From an uncultured archaeon (GTDB lineage Archaea > Asgardarchaeota > Lokiarchaeia > Sigyniarchaeales > SOKP01): DNA of 60,119 nt. The DNA is taken from contig CAYUTF010000011.1 in NCBI GenBank assembly GCA_964447495.1, positions 1-60,119 on the forward strand, written 5' to 3'. The notes under the pieces are model-generated. The model worked only from the letters and a program-made list of their open reading frames with translations. It made no database searches and was not told the DNA's origin. The position numbers were made by a program, and so were the translations under genes. This document shows, piece after piece, positions 58,093-60,119 of the stretch. How positions within the stretch are numbered: position 1 is the stretch's first letter; every line of letters begins with the position of its first letter.

Positions 58093-59493
58093 TTAGCCTT
58101 GGTCACTTTCTGCACTAGTATTATCTTCCTGTGAAATATTGTTGTCGATTGTTTTTTTTTTATCAAGTATCTCCAATTTTTCAATATCCATGTTCTTTTT
58201 TCTAAAAAAGTCCCGAAATTCCCAATCGGAAATCTTATCAGATTGAAGAGCACCACTATTTATTAAATAATCCTTAAAATCATGAACTATAGTTATAACT
58301 TCGCTTTGAGTGAAATTTTTTCTATATATCAAACCCTTTCGTTCAAGAATATATTTAGCATACCACCAATAAAAAATCAAAGTGACTAATAAGACTAAAA
58401 AATTATTAAGTAAATTAATATCGTTTCTACTGGTATACGTTCCGGGAATTAAACCTGCTCCTGTAATCATTATGATCTGGCCTTCAATATAAATAAGAGT
58501 AAAAGCAAATAAGAAAAATGTAATAGTATTTTTATTAAAAATTCTAAAGCGATAAATTTTCTTGCCTAATCCCGTAAGAACCAGAAATGCTGTAAGTATC
58601 ATTAGCATAACGTCAATAAAGGCTCTAAAAATATCTATACTTAAGGCAAATGTTACGGATCTAAAGGAATTTATGAAACTAAACGATCTAAACCAGATTA
58701 CTAACCATATTAGGACATAAAATACTGAGGAAAAAATATTGGGAGTATTATTTTTTCTGCTTCTTATAAAGAGGTATATTAAACGAGATGATGTCAAAGC
58801 TATAATGATAAAAACAACTACATTCCAGCCAATATACCAATATAAATATTCTGATGAATAACTAGGCGGTTGAGGTGCAAAGAAGTATAAAAATCCAAAA
58901 TATGTTCCAATTTGAATTAATATTGGTATAATTAAGGCTATTATTAGAAATAAAAGAGAAAGGATTTCAGTCTTTTTCGAAGTATAGTTATTATTAATAA
59001 ATTTATCATCCATATTTATTGAGAGGTTTTCAAATCCAGATTTGATAAAAAATATTTGGATGAGGTTCCAACCAAAGTACAGGATGATGTAAAAATAGGG
59101 AAGGATGATATCCCAACCTAAGAATTCGATTGGCAATTGACTTGAAGAGCCAAAAAAGAAATAAATCGTTATAATAATTGCCGCTATTACAAAAATAATT
59201 ATTAATAACACTACTTTTCTAACTTGCTCTTTCTTTTCTTCAGAAAATAAGTATTTCTCCATTTGAGGAACCCTCCCTATAAAGATCAAAAATAAGAAAG
59301 TCAAAGCAAATGTGGTTACTATAAATAATACTACATTTGCAATTGCTTGAATTGGGTTGAAACTCAGAAAAATACATATGACCATGATAACAAAAAAGGT
59401 AATTGAATATACCGCATGACTCATGCTAAATATATTATGAAATGTTACTCTAATCTTTTCTTTTAAGGTCAATTCTTCACTATTATTACTCAT
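58093..59493 (-). CDS. Multi-pass membrane protein of unknown function
   Basis: About 10 hydrophobic segments and a charged C-terminal tail. Confidence 0.7.
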   Translation of the reverse strand: MSNNSEELTLKEKIRVTFHNIFSMSHAVYSITFFVIMVICIFLSFNPIQAIANVVLFIVTTFALTFLFLIFIGRVPQMEKYLFSEEKKEQVRKVVLLIIIFVIAAIIITIYFFFGSSSQLPIEFLGWDIILPYFYIILYFGWNLIQIFFIKSGFENLSINMDDKFINNNYTSKKTEILSLLFLIIALIIPILIQIGTYFGFLYFFAPQPPSYSSEYLYWYIGWNVVVFIIIALTSSRLIYLFIRSRKNNTPNIFSSVFYVLIWLVIWFRSFSFINSFRSVTFALSIDIFRAFIDVMLMILTAFLVLTGLGKKIYRFRIFNKNTITFFLFAFTLIYIEGQIIMITGAGLIPGTYTSRNDINLLNNFLVLLVTLIFYWWYAKYILERKGLIYRKNFTQSEVITIVHDFKDYLINSGALQSDKISDWEFRDFFRKKNMDIEKLEILDKKKTIDNNISQEDNTSAESDQG

Positions 59494-59731
59494 GATATCA
59501 CTCTTATTATTCTTTTTATTTTAATTTAATCATTGATTAAAAAATGTTTAATTCCATAGATTATCTCTCTATTCTTTATTTAGAAGTATCAAATTTAAAT
59601 TATATTGCTTTTTGAAAATCAGAAAATTCTGCATTGAGACTAACTGTTGCTGTTTTAAGTCTTATCCTTTATAATGATTCATTTTTTCTATAAATCAAGA
59701 ATTAGTGCAATATTCTACTAATTATGTATTA

Positions 59732-60118
59732 TTATCTATTAATTATATTTCCAATGACCCCTACATAAATAGATGTTTCTTCAACTCCATCCAATTCTAA
59801 TAAGGCGTTTAATTCATTGTCATAGATAGCTCCAATTGTACAAGCTCCTAATCCTAATGCTTCAGCCACTAAATAAAAGTTTTGACCTATATGCCCCGCA
59901 TCTAGATAAATATATCTATAACATCGCTGCAAATATTTCCATTTTGATCTCTTGATTAAGGCAGTCCAAATAAAATTAACGCCAGAATTATATGCAATCT
60001 TTTGATCTAAACATGCTCTTGCTACTTCTATACGGAAATCACCCTTTTTCAGGAGCTCAAGACAGTGATCAACTATATTATAATGATATATTCCTTTATT
60101 GATTTCTGTAACGTTATT
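59732..60118 (-). CDS. SagB/ThcOx family nitroreductase-fold protein, 5'-truncated by window edge
   Basis: Frame open from 60118: GIYHY...RSKWKY.QRCYRYIYLDAGHIGQNFYL.AEALGLGACTIGA. Confidence 0.88.
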   Translation of the reverse strand, partial: NNVTEINKGIYHYNIVDHCLELLKKGDFRIEVARACLDQKIAYNSGVNFIWTALIKRSKWKYLQRCYRYIYLDAGHIGQNFYLVAEALGLGACTIGAIYDNELNALLELDGVEETSIYVGVIGNIINR

Positions 60119-60119
60119 G

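Overview
AT-rich archaeal chromosome segment, most consistent with an Asgard archaeon (Lokiarchaeia-like). The assignment is inferred from two Roadblock/LC7 genes, a longin-like gene, a Loki-type N-terminal domain fused to TPRs, a HEAT/LRR gene, a vWA-RING protein and archaeal GGTGA/GAGG ribosome-binding sites. About 55 genes are present; I saw no tRNA, rRNA, CRISPR array or transposase. Layout: a variable region at about 1.1-8.7 kb (Zn-ribbon ORF, VapBC, FkbM methyltransferase, and an M28-peptidase/alpha-beta-hydrolase fusion bracketed by nested direct repeats made of gene-tail remnants); a corrinoid methyltransferase pair; a three-gene operon of unknown function (12.9-17.3 kb); a divergent fwdB/D/A cluster; an orange-protein-like Fe-S cluster (NifX family, two COG1149 ATPases, Mrp, DUF89, DUF5320) with a shared palindromic operator; a glycyl-radical enzyme with two C_GCAxxG_C_C genes (one frameshifted); acyl-CoA genes; a CorA-like/Nudix fusion; a large surface protein; metG. 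The best candidate for an undescribed system is the translationally coupled operon encoding a receptor-like transmembrane GNAT acetyltransferase, a SelO-like (AMPylase/kinase-fold) protein and a coiled-coil protein with a split winged-helix-like domain. All family calls come from motif recognition by eye; no database searches were run.
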